From: a virus
Length of the DNA: 64,000 nucleotides
Strand: one strand, 5' to 3'
IMG/VR virus record: IMGVR_UViG_3300034374_008984
Location: 9,652-73,651 of that record
A model generated the notes under the pieces. It searched no databases and had not been told where the DNA came from. It was given only the letters and a program-made list of their open reading frames with translations. The position numbers and the translations under genes are program-made. Below, one piece after another: positions 18,521 to 26,396 of this stretch (position 1 is its first letter; each line of letters opens with the position of its first letter).

Positions 18521-19999
18521 ATGACCACCCCCCGCAAGACCTCCTTCCCGGCAATCCCCTCCTTAGAACACGTTAAGGTTCCTCCCAACGCGGTCGAGTT
18601 GGAGGATGCCGTTCTTGGTGCCTGCCTATTGGATGCCGACGCGTTGTCCGAAGTCTCCTCCATTCTCCGGCCCGAGATGTTCTACAAGTTGGAGCACCAG
18701 ATGGTGTTCTCTGCTATGATGTCCCTTGAATCCGAGGGGAATCCCGCAGACATCCTGACCGTGACACAGAGATTGAAAAAGGACGGGAACCTCTCCGTTG
18801 TCGGAGGGGCGCATTTCGTGTCAACCCTAACGGACAGGGTCGGTAGCGGTGCCAACGCGGAATACCACGCAAGGATCATCGCCCAGAAGTTCATTGCAAG
18901 GGAACTCATACGGGTGTCGGGAGACATCTACGCGCAGGCGTTCGATGACACGATAGACCCATTGGAACTCCTCGACAGGGCCAATGACGAGGTGGCCTCC
19001 ATCGGGTCTGACGTTGTGGGAGATGCAGTGGAATCCAATCAAGACCTTCTTAGGCAGGTGATAGAGGACTCCGAGAGGACGGCCTCGGGGGGGAATGTCA
19101 TCGGAACCCCCATCGGACTCCGCGAATTGGACATCAAAACAGGAGGCTTGCAGGAGGGCCACTTGGACATCCTTGCAGGAAGGCCCGGCATGGGCAAGAG
19201 CTCCTTCGCCATCTACGAGGCGTACAGGGTGGCGTTCTCGGAGAAGAAGACCGTGCTGTTCTTCTCATTGGAGATGCCCGCGAAGGAAATCATGCAGAAG
19301 ATCCTTTCGATTCACACCGGCATCGACTCTTGGAAACTGAAGACAGGGAAGCTCGACCCCGAGCATTGGAACCGCATCAATGCCATGTCAGGGGAGATTA
19401 TCAAGGCCCCCATCACAATAATCGACAACATCTCGGAGTGGTCCAAGGTCAGGACGAAATGTGTGAACTCCAACAAGAAGCAGCAGATAGGGCTTGTTTC
19501 CATTGATTACCTGCAACTCATACAGATTTCCAACAGGAAAGGCAACAGAGAGCAGGAAATAGGGGAAATCAGCAGGGGGTTGAAGCAACTTGCCAAGCAC
19601 CTGAAATGCCCCATCCGTGCCCTCGCACAGCTATCGAGAGGAGTTGAGACAAGAGGTGGCAACAAGAAGCCTATGCTGAGTGATTTGAGGGAATCCGGCT
19701 CAATCGAACAGGACGCGGATAGTGTCACCTTCCTGTACCGCCCCGAGTATTACGGCATAGAGTTCTCCGAGGAGGGAAACCTCCCAACGAACGGCCTCTG
19801 CGAGGTCATCATTGCCAAGAACAGGGGAGGACTGACGGGAACGGTTCCCGTTCGGGTGAACCTCGCAACAAGCACCTTCGAGGGTTGGGAGGGAGGTTCC
19901 TTCAAGGCCCCGTCACCGCCACCCATTGAGGAGGTGCAGAGATGGAGCCCCATGCCGAGAAGCACCGAGTTCGATGACGATGACGGGAACCCTTTTTGA
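18521..19999 (+). CDS. dnaB: replicative DNA helicase
   Basis: E.AVLGA, AGRPGMGKS, FSLEM, IDYLQL, AQLSRGVE.R, LSDLRESGSIEQDAD, IIAKNR.G. Confidence 0.97.
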   Translation: MTTPRKTSFPAIPSLEHVKVPPNAVELEDAVLGACLLDADALSEVSSILRPEMFYKLEHQMVFSAMMSLESEGNPADILTVTQRLKKDGNLSVVGGAHFVSTLTDRVGSGANAEYHARIIAQKFIARELIRVSGDIYAQAFDDTIDPLELLDRANDEVASIGSDVVGDAVESNQDLLRQVIEDSERTASGGNVIGTPIGLRELDIKTGGLQEGHLDILAGRPGMGKSSFAIYEAYRVAFSEKKTVLFFSLEMPAKEIMQKILSIHTGIDSWKLKTGKLDPEHWNRINAMSGEIIKAPITIIDNISEWSKVRTKCVNSNKKQQIGLVSIDYLQLIQISNRKGNREQEIGEISRGLKQLAKHLKCPIRALAQLSRGVETRGGNKKPMLSDLRESGSIEQDADSVTFLYRPEYYGIEFSEEGNLPTNGLCEVIIAKNRGGLTGTVPVRVNLATSTFEGWEGGSFKAPSPPPIEEVQRWSPMPRSTEFDDDDGNPF

Positions 20000-20087
20000 A
20001 AAAAAAATAATTTTAACAGAATAAAGTATATCCAAAAAGCGTTCCCTACATTTGAAGCCTCAAACAGGAATGTCAAAAAAAACCATC

Positions 20088-20543
20088 ATGGCAAAAACAG
20101 CAGTAGTGAAAATCGAAGAGAACACCGAGGACACGTCCCTTCAGGGCATCCTCAATAGTTTGTCCCACAACGAGCGTCTTGATTGGCTCGAAACGAATGC
20201 CTTCTCCGTGAAGGATGAGGAGTATCATGCCCCGCTCTCTGCGGAGGAACTTGACGAGGTGAAGGGTTTTATCACTCAGCAGAACATCAAGTTGCAGGAA
20301 TTGGAAGACAAGAAAAATAGGTTCATGGAGGAGCTCAACGCTGAGTTGAAGCCCGCCAAAGAGAAACTTGAAGTGGCCGTTCGCGAGGCGCGCTCAAATG
20401 AGCGTCAGGGCTTTGGTAAGGTGTACTACGTGCCGAACCACGAAGAGGGTATCACTTACAAGGTCACGGAAGGGAATCTTATCGTAGGCAGCCGCCCGAT
20501 GCGTTCCGAGGAGCGTCAGATGAATCTCCTTGCCAAGGTGTAA
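20088..20543 (+). CDS. hypothetical protein
   Basis: Downstream of TACATTTG (20047-20054); start ATG at 20070 or 20088. Confidence 0.75.
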   Translation: MAKTAVVKIEENTEDTSLQGILNSLSHNERLDWLETNAFSVKDEEYHAPLSAEELDEVKGFITQQNIKLQELEDKKNRFMEELNAELKPAKEKLEVAVREARSNERQGFGKVYYVPNHEEGITYKVTEGNLIVGSRPMRSEERQMNLLAKV

Positions 20544-20559
20544 TGAAGTTGGTTCCTTT

Positions 20560-20748
20560 GGGGAGGTGGCGAAAGATAGACGCTATGTATCCTTTAGAGT
20601 TGACTGGTAACGTATGTACCTCATCAATGGGCGACAATCCACCGATAGGTTTGAGGGAAGACAACGTAGCAGATTACAGGAAAGGTGAGGAGCTTATGCT
20701 GAACCTCTAAACTTCAACTCGTGCAGGTATCAAATCCTGTCCTCCCCA
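20560..20748 (+). ncRNA. 189-nt tRNA-like RNA (Leu-type D-arm, about 135-nt domain replacing the anticodon arm)
   Basis: GGGGAGG/CCTCCCC+A acceptor, TGGCG-AAAGATAGA-CGC D-arm, GCAGG-TATCAAAT-CCTGT T-arm, internal GAGTTGA/TCAACTC stem. Confidence 0.65.
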
Positions 20749-20901
20749 TCGGAATCACATTCAAGAGTAATTCAACAGTAAAACCAATTATCAGCCTCAA
20801 GAGGATTGCCAGTCAGGAACAGGCTGGAAGAGGATGACAAACGGGAACAGACCGCTTGCCAACGGAGAAGAAATCCGTGACACCTCGGAAAGACGGGTAA
20901 T

Positions 20902-20975
20902 GGGGACATAGCTCAGTTGGTTAGAACGGTTGCTTTGCAAGCAATAGGTCGGGGGTTCAAGTCCCTCTGTCTCCA
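20902..20975 (+). tRNA. tRNA-Ala(UGC)
   Basis: Full cloverleaf: GGGGACA/TGTCTCC with G3-U70, anticodon arm GTTGC-TTTGCAA-GCAAT, T-loop TTCAAGT; CCA not encoded. Confidence 0.95.
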
Positions 20976-21046
20976 CTAAAGCGCAACACGTGCAAACCGT
21001 GCCCTACCCGTATTTAATCGCGCGAGGCTCGTGGCTCAGAAACCAC

Positions 21047-21069
21047 AAGCCGATTTTTTTTCGGCTTTC
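21047..21069 (+). terminator. hairpin/terminator after the tRNA
   Basis: AAGCCGA-T7-TCGGCTT. Confidence 0.5.
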
Positions 21070-21095
21070 ATGTCGAGAATCCAAAAACTTTCAAT

Positions 21096-21225
21096 TAACT
21101 TTGTCTCAGCTTTTGGGAGGGAGCTAATTGAGATGTTGAAATAGGATTTTTAGAGCTCTACGCTCGGACCCGCCAACATGTCAACAGCTCCTTCCCAGAG
21201 TAAGCATAAGACGGGTCTTTTTTTT
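21096..21225 (+). promoter_or_regulatory. promoter plus attenuator-like leader/sRNA
   Basis: TAACTTTG promoter; TGGGAGGGAGCT is complementary to AGCTCCTTCCCA, which lies in the loop of the GACCCG/CGGGTC-T8 terminator. Confidence 0.55.
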
Positions 21226-21767
21226 GCCCTGAACTGAGATGATGCAGGTGAAAGAGTACTGCACTACCAATGTTCGGGAACAGGACAAAGAACCGCAGCA
21301 GAATGAAGGAATACGGGGTCGGGATAGTAACGGCAGCCCATTTCATTCTGTGCTACTGTGGGATGCGTGAAGCAAACGGGGAGAGCAAGGAGAGAACCCC
21401 AAGCGCACAGGCGGCAGGAAAGCCTGGAAGTTCCTCTCGAGTCGTCTGACACTGCCTGTCAGCGATGTGGGCGATAGGGGGGATGGCTCCGTTTAGGAAC
21501 ATTTTTCAAAATCGACTTCCACGGCTCTCACAGGTGCGGAAACGCGCTTGGGAGGCGAAGCCGTGGGACTCCTGAAAGAATTCACCATTTAGGAATTACC
21601 CTTTACAAGGTATTTCCTAAAAAAGTATCCATTAAAGGGAATTTTATAGAAACACTTTTATAGGGATACTTTCATCTATTGCCCAAGCTATGCCTCAGAA
21701 ATAGATCAAAGAAAGGATTTCCCAACCGAGGTATCTTTGCAGGGAACCCATTCAAGAACCTTGCAGC

Positions 21768-23783
21768 ATGAACAGTAACGAGTACGAGATAGAGACAAGC
21801 CAGCCCGACCCCGAATCGGGAGCCTCTGAGCACGGCAAGGAGGCAACGTCCATCCCTAAGCTGATCCTCCCTGCACCGATACCCGTCAGGCCACCCAAGT
21901 ATTCTCGGAATCAGTACGAGGAGGAACACAAGGAGTGGCTCAGAAAGAAGCGAGGGGAATCGGCATGGAGAACTGAGCAAAGGAGGAGATGGAAAGAGGG
22001 GTTTGCGGGATTGACGGGAATCCACTACTTCTACATTACCCAGATGCGGATAAAGGACGCGGAGGGAAATCCCATCCGGCCCATGTGGAGGGATGTGGAC
22101 GAGGAAATCTTCCGAGAGTTCGAGCTGTGCTACAAGGACGAAATCGACTTCTACGTGTTCAAGAGACGTGAGGTGGGACTTTCATCCGTGTTCGGAGGTG
22201 CGATTCCATTGTACCTCCTCATCATGTACCCCAACAGCACCTCGCTAATGACCTCCGCTGACCTTACCCGCGTGAAGGACCTCATGGCGAACAAGCTCAT
22301 TGCCCAGCACAGCTACCTTGAGGATTGGGTAAAGCCGAAAAGGAAGACCTACGACCCGCAGAAAGGGGCCACGTTCTTGGAGATTGACGAGGACGGCAAC
22401 GAGACAGGGAACATGGCCGAGATTGTTTGCAGGCAGACATCGCAGGATAAGAAGGACGTGACCAACTTGGAGGGCGCAAGGGCCAAGTATGTGTTCCTTG
22501 ACGAGCTCTTCCTTCACCCGTACCCCGAGGAGGTCCGCTCGTCAGCCCAATCGTGTCTCATGTCGGGCATGGAAAGAGTTGGGATCATGGTGGCGGGAGG
22601 TAGCGCGGGTGCCGTGTCGAGGCTCGGACTGAAACAGGCAAGGGAAATATCTCAGAAGGCATTGACGGGAAGCCTGAGAATGCTGTTTCTGTCGGGGGCG
22701 AAGGGGATAACAGCCGCAACGATACGAGATGAGAACGGAAAGAAGATAGGCACGGAGAACTTCTGCATAAACGGATGGTCGGACGTGGCGCGGGCAGAGG
22801 CATACATTAAATGGCAGAGAGCGATACTTGACCTGAGCCCCAACAAACAGGAACTCATCTCATTCACCAAGAGGTATCCGCTCACGCTCGAAGAGGTACT
22901 CACGTCAGACGATTTCGGGGTGATTCCAAGAGACATTGCCGAGCAGATACCCGCACAGGAACTCGAACTAAGAAGCAACCCAAGAAACCTCAAACGGGTC
23001 ACGATAACATTCGAGAACGGGAAGCCAACTTTCAGGAACGACAGCAGAGGCGCGTGGCTCATCCTTGAACACCCGGTCGCTGGAGAGTACTACTGGATGG
23101 GAACGGACGCGATTCCCATGATGGCAAAGAAGGCTGAGGCCACAATAAACCCCGATGGAACGGAGCGGTCGATGCACTGCTCGGCCATTAAACGGAAAGG
23201 CACCAACAGCTACGTTGCCATATATCTCCGCAGGACATCCGATGTGGACCTCATATTCGATGAGATGTTCGCAGCTCAACAGGCATATAACAACTGCCAG
23301 AACATGATTGAGAGAAACTCCGCAGGACTCATCTACGATAGATACTCCCGTAGCGGAAACCTCAAATACCTCGCGTATCAACCAGAAGCGTTCGGCTCCA
23401 AGGGATTCAAGAAGGGAACCGTCAGGGGAGTACACAAGGACGGGCACAACTCGGAAAGGATCTACAACGCAGGGTTCGACTACTTCAGGGACAACATGCG
23501 CCTCGTTGACTTCCCTATCATCCTCGAACAGCTCAGAGTGTTCGGCTCAGAGAACACGGACGTGATTGACGCGATAATGATGTGCGAGGTGTTCCATAAG
23601 TATCAGGAGATCTCAGCAGGGGAACGCGCTGTCAGGGCCATGAAGCAGACCTACAAATACCAACCCTACATCACATACGAGAACGGGAACCGCGTAGTGA
23701 GACACAAGAAGGTGGCCGTCAATTCGGCAGGTCAAGTAATAGGCCCCCATCAAGGAATGACACCACTGACAGGATTATTGTGA
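21768..23783 (+). CDS. terL: terminase large subunit
   Basis: KRREVGLSS (Walker A variant), YVFLDE (Walker B), RNase H-like nuclease GTD/MIERN/DVIDA; promoter TATCTTTG at 21732. Confidence 0.88.
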   Translation: MNSNEYEIETSQPDPESGASEHGKEATSIPKLILPAPIPVRPPKYSRNQYEEEHKEWLRKKRGESAWRTEQRRRWKEGFAGLTGIHYFYITQMRIKDAEGNPIRPMWRDVDEEIFREFELCYKDEIDFYVFKRREVGLSSVFGGAIPLYLLIMYPNSTSLMTSADLTRVKDLMANKLIAQHSYLEDWVKPKRKTYDPQKGATFLEIDEDGNETGNMAEIVCRQTSQDKKDVTNLEGARAKYVFLDELFLHPYPEEVRSSAQSCLMSGMERVGIMVAGGSAGAVSRLGLKQAREISQKALTGSLRMLFLSGAKGITAATIRDENGKKIGTENFCINGWSDVARAEAYIKWQRAILDLSPNKQELISFTKRYPLTLEEVLTSDDFGVIPRDIAEQIPAQELELRSNPRNLKRVTITFENGKPTFRNDSRGAWLILEHPVAGEYYWMGTDAIPMMAKKAEATINPDGTERSMHCSAIKRKGTNSYVAIYLRRTSDVDLIFDEMFAAQQAYNNCQNMIERNSAGLIYDRYSRSGNLKYLAYQPEAFGSKGFKKGTVRGVHKDGHNSERIYNAGFDYFRDNMRLVDFPIILEQLRVFGSENTDVIDAIMMCEVFHKYQEISAGERAVRAMKQTYKYQPYITYENGNRVVRHKKVAVNSAGQVIGPHQGMTPLTGLL

Positions 23784-23835
23784 CTTGTAAAAAATTTATT
23801 TGCACAGGTTAAAAATTGTGCGTAGTTTTGAAGGC

Positions 23836-24222
23836 ATGATCCAATCCACCTCCTGCACGGTGCATCCCTCAATAAGCCCCTCCGAGAATTATCTATCGGT
23901 GTTCCTCGGTGTGCATCAGTACAAAGACCAGTTCGGGGCTTATCCAGTGGCGGTCGTGAAGGACAAGAACGGGAGACTCATGCAGTGCAAGCTGTCGGCA
24001 GTGGAGGTAGAGGTTCCTTGGGGGATACCTTGCAGGGTCATCTACAAGGACACCGACTACACGACACTGTTCTTGGGCACGTTCGACTTCTCCGATGGAG
24101 AGAAATCCTATCCGGTGGCCGTTATCAGGAACCAGGATGGGAGGTTGCAGGCAATCCGTTTGGAGGCCGTTCACTTTCTCTCCTCCGTGTATCTCTTTGA
24201 AAGAAAAAAGAATGAACCATGA
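23836..24222 (+). CDS. hypothetical protein with internal duplication
   Basis: Two copies of FLG...YPVAV++..+GRL...L.AV; ATG 5 nt after a TTTG-N20-TAGTTTTG promoter. Confidence 0.75.
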   Translation: MIQSTSCTVHPSISPSENYLSVFLGVHQYKDQFGAYPVAVVKDKNGRLMQCKLSAVEVEVPWGIPCRVIYKDTDYTTLFLGTFDFSDGEKSYPVAVIRNQDGRLQAIRLEAVHFLSSVYLFERKKNEP

Positions 24223-24401
24223 ACCTCCCCGACACCCCATACAAGATAGGCTCCACCCGAATCCTCAACGAGGGCAAGAAGTGGTTTCTTTGCAGGGCCA
24301 CCCCTCCGATACACAAAGGGTTCTGCTATGTGGTCTGGAAGAAAATCAAAGAAGTGCCCAATCAAACAGGAAAGTCGCAGCTTGAGTTTCAGTTTGGGTA
24401 A
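24219..24401 (+). CDS. small hypothetical protein
   Basis: ATGA overlap; its TAA stop is part of the GGGTAAC core at the left edge of the cassette array. Confidence 0.6.
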   Translation: MNLPDTPYKIGSTRILNEGKKWFLCRATPPIHKGFCYVVWKKIKEVPNQTGKSQLEFQFG

Positions 24402-24484
24402 CGTATTGGTATATGGTTAGTGCCGTGTAAATAGCACAGACCTTTGAATTAAGAACAGAAGTAATAATTAAATATTTTTAGAGC

Positions 24485-25177
24485 GTGGGCAAAATAAATA
24501 ACTTATATACAGCAGAAGCATTATCATTTATGAAGGAAATGAATGATAACTCTGTTGACATAATAGTAACATCACCACCGTATAATTTAATGGGGCAATA
24601 CTCTTGTAAATCACAAATGAACAGAAGTTTTACAAGTAAAAGGCTTGAAGATTGGTATGATGATAAAATGGATGAAAAAGAATACCAACAATGGCAAAAA
24701 GAATGTGTTAGGGAAATGGTTAGAATATGTAAAGGAAGTGTTTTTTACGTGCATCAAGTTAGATATGCTTGGGGTAGAAAAAACGAGTTTTACCACCCTA
24801 TACATTGGTTAAATGAATTTGTTATATGGTCTGAAATAATTTGGAATAGAGGAAATGGTATAAGTGCTGCAAAAAGACCAACAATGGCTGACCAAAGGAT
24901 TTATATGATTGGTAAACCTAAAGTTTGGAATAAGCCAAATTGCACAAGTGTTTGGGATATACCTTCTGTTAGAAATTCTAATCACGTTTGTCCATTTCCT
25001 GATGAATTAGTAGAAAGATGTTTAAATATGTGTAGTAATGAAGGCGATATTGTTTTTGACCCATTTGTAGGTATAGGAACAACAGCAAGAGTTGCTAAAA
25101 AAATGAATAGAAAATATATTGGTGTTGATATAAATGAAAATTATATAAACGAAGCTAAAACCAAATTGCTGACGTAG
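24485..25177 (+). CDS. N4-C/N6-A DNA methyltransferase (beta class)
   Basis: TSPPYN, H.CPFP, DPFVGIGTT; flanked by a 15-nt direct repeat. Confidence 0.93.
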   Translation: MGKINNLYTAEALSFMKEMNDNSVDIIVTSPPYNLMGQYSCKSQMNRSFTSKRLEDWYDDKMDEKEYQQWQKECVREMVRICKGSVFYVHQVRYAWGRKNEFYHPIHWLNEFVIWSEIIWNRGNGISAAKRPTMADQRIYMIGKPKVWNKPNCTSVWDIPSVRNSNHVCPFPDELVERCLNMCSNEGDIVFDPFVGIGTTARVAKKMNRKYIGVDINENYINEAKTKLLT

Positions 25178-25294
25178 GAAACAAAAGAGCGTGGGCAAAA
25201 AATATTTAATTATGGGTAAAAAGGCACAAACGATTGAATTAAGCACGAACTTAGGCATTAACTATATACCGTGTTGTAAAATCGTTTTAATGTT

Positions 25295-25427
25295 TTACAA
25301 CGTTTTCGGGCTTGGCGAAGGCGGGGATTTAACCACAAAAGTTTAATAGAATGACAGAAGATAATTTACATACAAAAGTTGATTTGGAAAACGGAAGCCC
25401 CGCTTTTGCCAAACCCGTGTTATACGC
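25295..25427. repeat. attC-like hairpin 2 (about 133 nt)
   Basis: TTACAAC...CGGGCTTGGCGAAGGCGGGG (25307-25326) / CCCCGCTTTTGCCAAACCCG (25398-25417)...GTTATAC. Confidence 0.8.
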
Positions 25428-26064
25428 TGGGGCGGGTATCAAGGCAAACATTTCAATTTATAACGAGGACTGTTTGCAAGCATTAAAGGCAATGGCAGAC
25501 AAACAATTTGATTTAGCCATAGTTGACCCACCTTACGGAATAGGAGCAGAAAACCACGCAGGCAATAAAGATAATGGATGGACACAATGGGCTAAAAAAG
25601 ATTGGGATAAGGCAATACCAACGGCTGAATATTGGGAGCAACTTTTTAGGGTAAGCAAAAATCAAATTGTTTGGGGTGCAAATTATATGACGGAATACTT
25701 ACCACCTAAAATGGGTTGGATTGTTTGGGATAAAGGGCAAAGGGATTTTAGCCTTGCTGACGGAGAACTTGCTTGGACTTCATTTGATAAAGCAATGAGG
25801 ATATTTACTTACGCAAGAGCAAAAGCATTAAAGGAAGGTAAAATACATCCAACGCAAAAGCCGACTGATTTATACAAATGGCTTTTAGATAAGTATGCAA
25901 AGCAAGGCGATAAAATCCTTGACACCCATTTAGGAAGTGGAAGTATTGCCATTGCCTGCTGGGATATGGGTTACGACTTAACAGCCTATGAAGTTGATAA
26001 GGAGTATTACGATAATGCTTGCAAACGATTAGAAACGCATAAGTCTCAATTAACGCTATGGTAG
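25351..26064 (+). CDS. N6-A/N4-C DNA methyltransferase (beta class)
   Basis: VDPPYG, IHPTQKP, DTHLGSGS. Confidence 0.93.
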   Translation: MTEDNLHTKVDLENGSPAFAKPVLYAGAGIKANISIYNEDCLQALKAMADKQFDLAIVDPPYGIGAENHAGNKDNGWTQWAKKDWDKAIPTAEYWEQLFRVSKNQIVWGANYMTEYLPPKMGWIVWDKGQRDFSLADGELAWTSFDKAMRIFTYARAKALKEGKIHPTQKPTDLYKWLLDKYAKQGDKILDTHLGSGSIAIACWDMGYDLTAYEVDKEYYDNACKRLETHKSQLTLW

Positions 26065-26106
26065 CCCTTGCGTATAACTCTCCGATACACGAAAGTTTAC
26101 TATGCA

Positions 26107-26337
26107 ATGAAACACACAGTGTCAACAACATACGATTTAGTGTGGCAGATTAGTGGCGCGGAGCATTACAAGTTTACTTCTGATGGCATCTGCATAAATA
26201 CCCGAACAGGAAAACGAATAAAGAAGACCCTTTGTGGCCGTTCTGTCGGGTATTGCATTTCGGGGAAATTCGTGTCGACCACTACGCTAAGGACACGACT
26301 TCAGCGAATCCCGAAAGAGATTTCCTGCCCGTTCTGA
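26107..26337 (+). CDS. small hypothetical protein next to the array
   Basis: ATG 26107; HYKFTSDGICINTRTGKRIK loosely resembles NUMOD4-like beta modules. Confidence 0.65.
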   Translation: MKHTVSTTYDLVWQISGAEHYKFTSDGICINTRTGKRIKKTLCGRSVGYCISGKFVSTTTLRTRLQRIPKEISCPF

Positions 26338-26396
26338 CATCATTCCCTCCATTGCGTTCCCTTCCGTAGCTTTGTCCCCTACGGAGATAACTCAGC

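Larger units (their letters stand above)
24396..26078. mobile_element. integron-like (attC-like) cassette array without integrase
   Basis: Two AAC...GTT-bounded imperfect hairpins; complementary core pairs GTTGTAAAA/TTTTACAAC and GTTATACGC/GCGTATAAC; sharp AT-rich shift. Confidence 0.75.

Noticed and set aside
20560-20748. tmRNA
   Set aside because: Only 189 nt, no G3-U70 pair and no evident tag ORF.
20976-21046. HDV-like theta ribozyme after tRNA-Ala
   Set aside because: I could not assemble the nested double-pseudoknot by eye; a motif search is needed.
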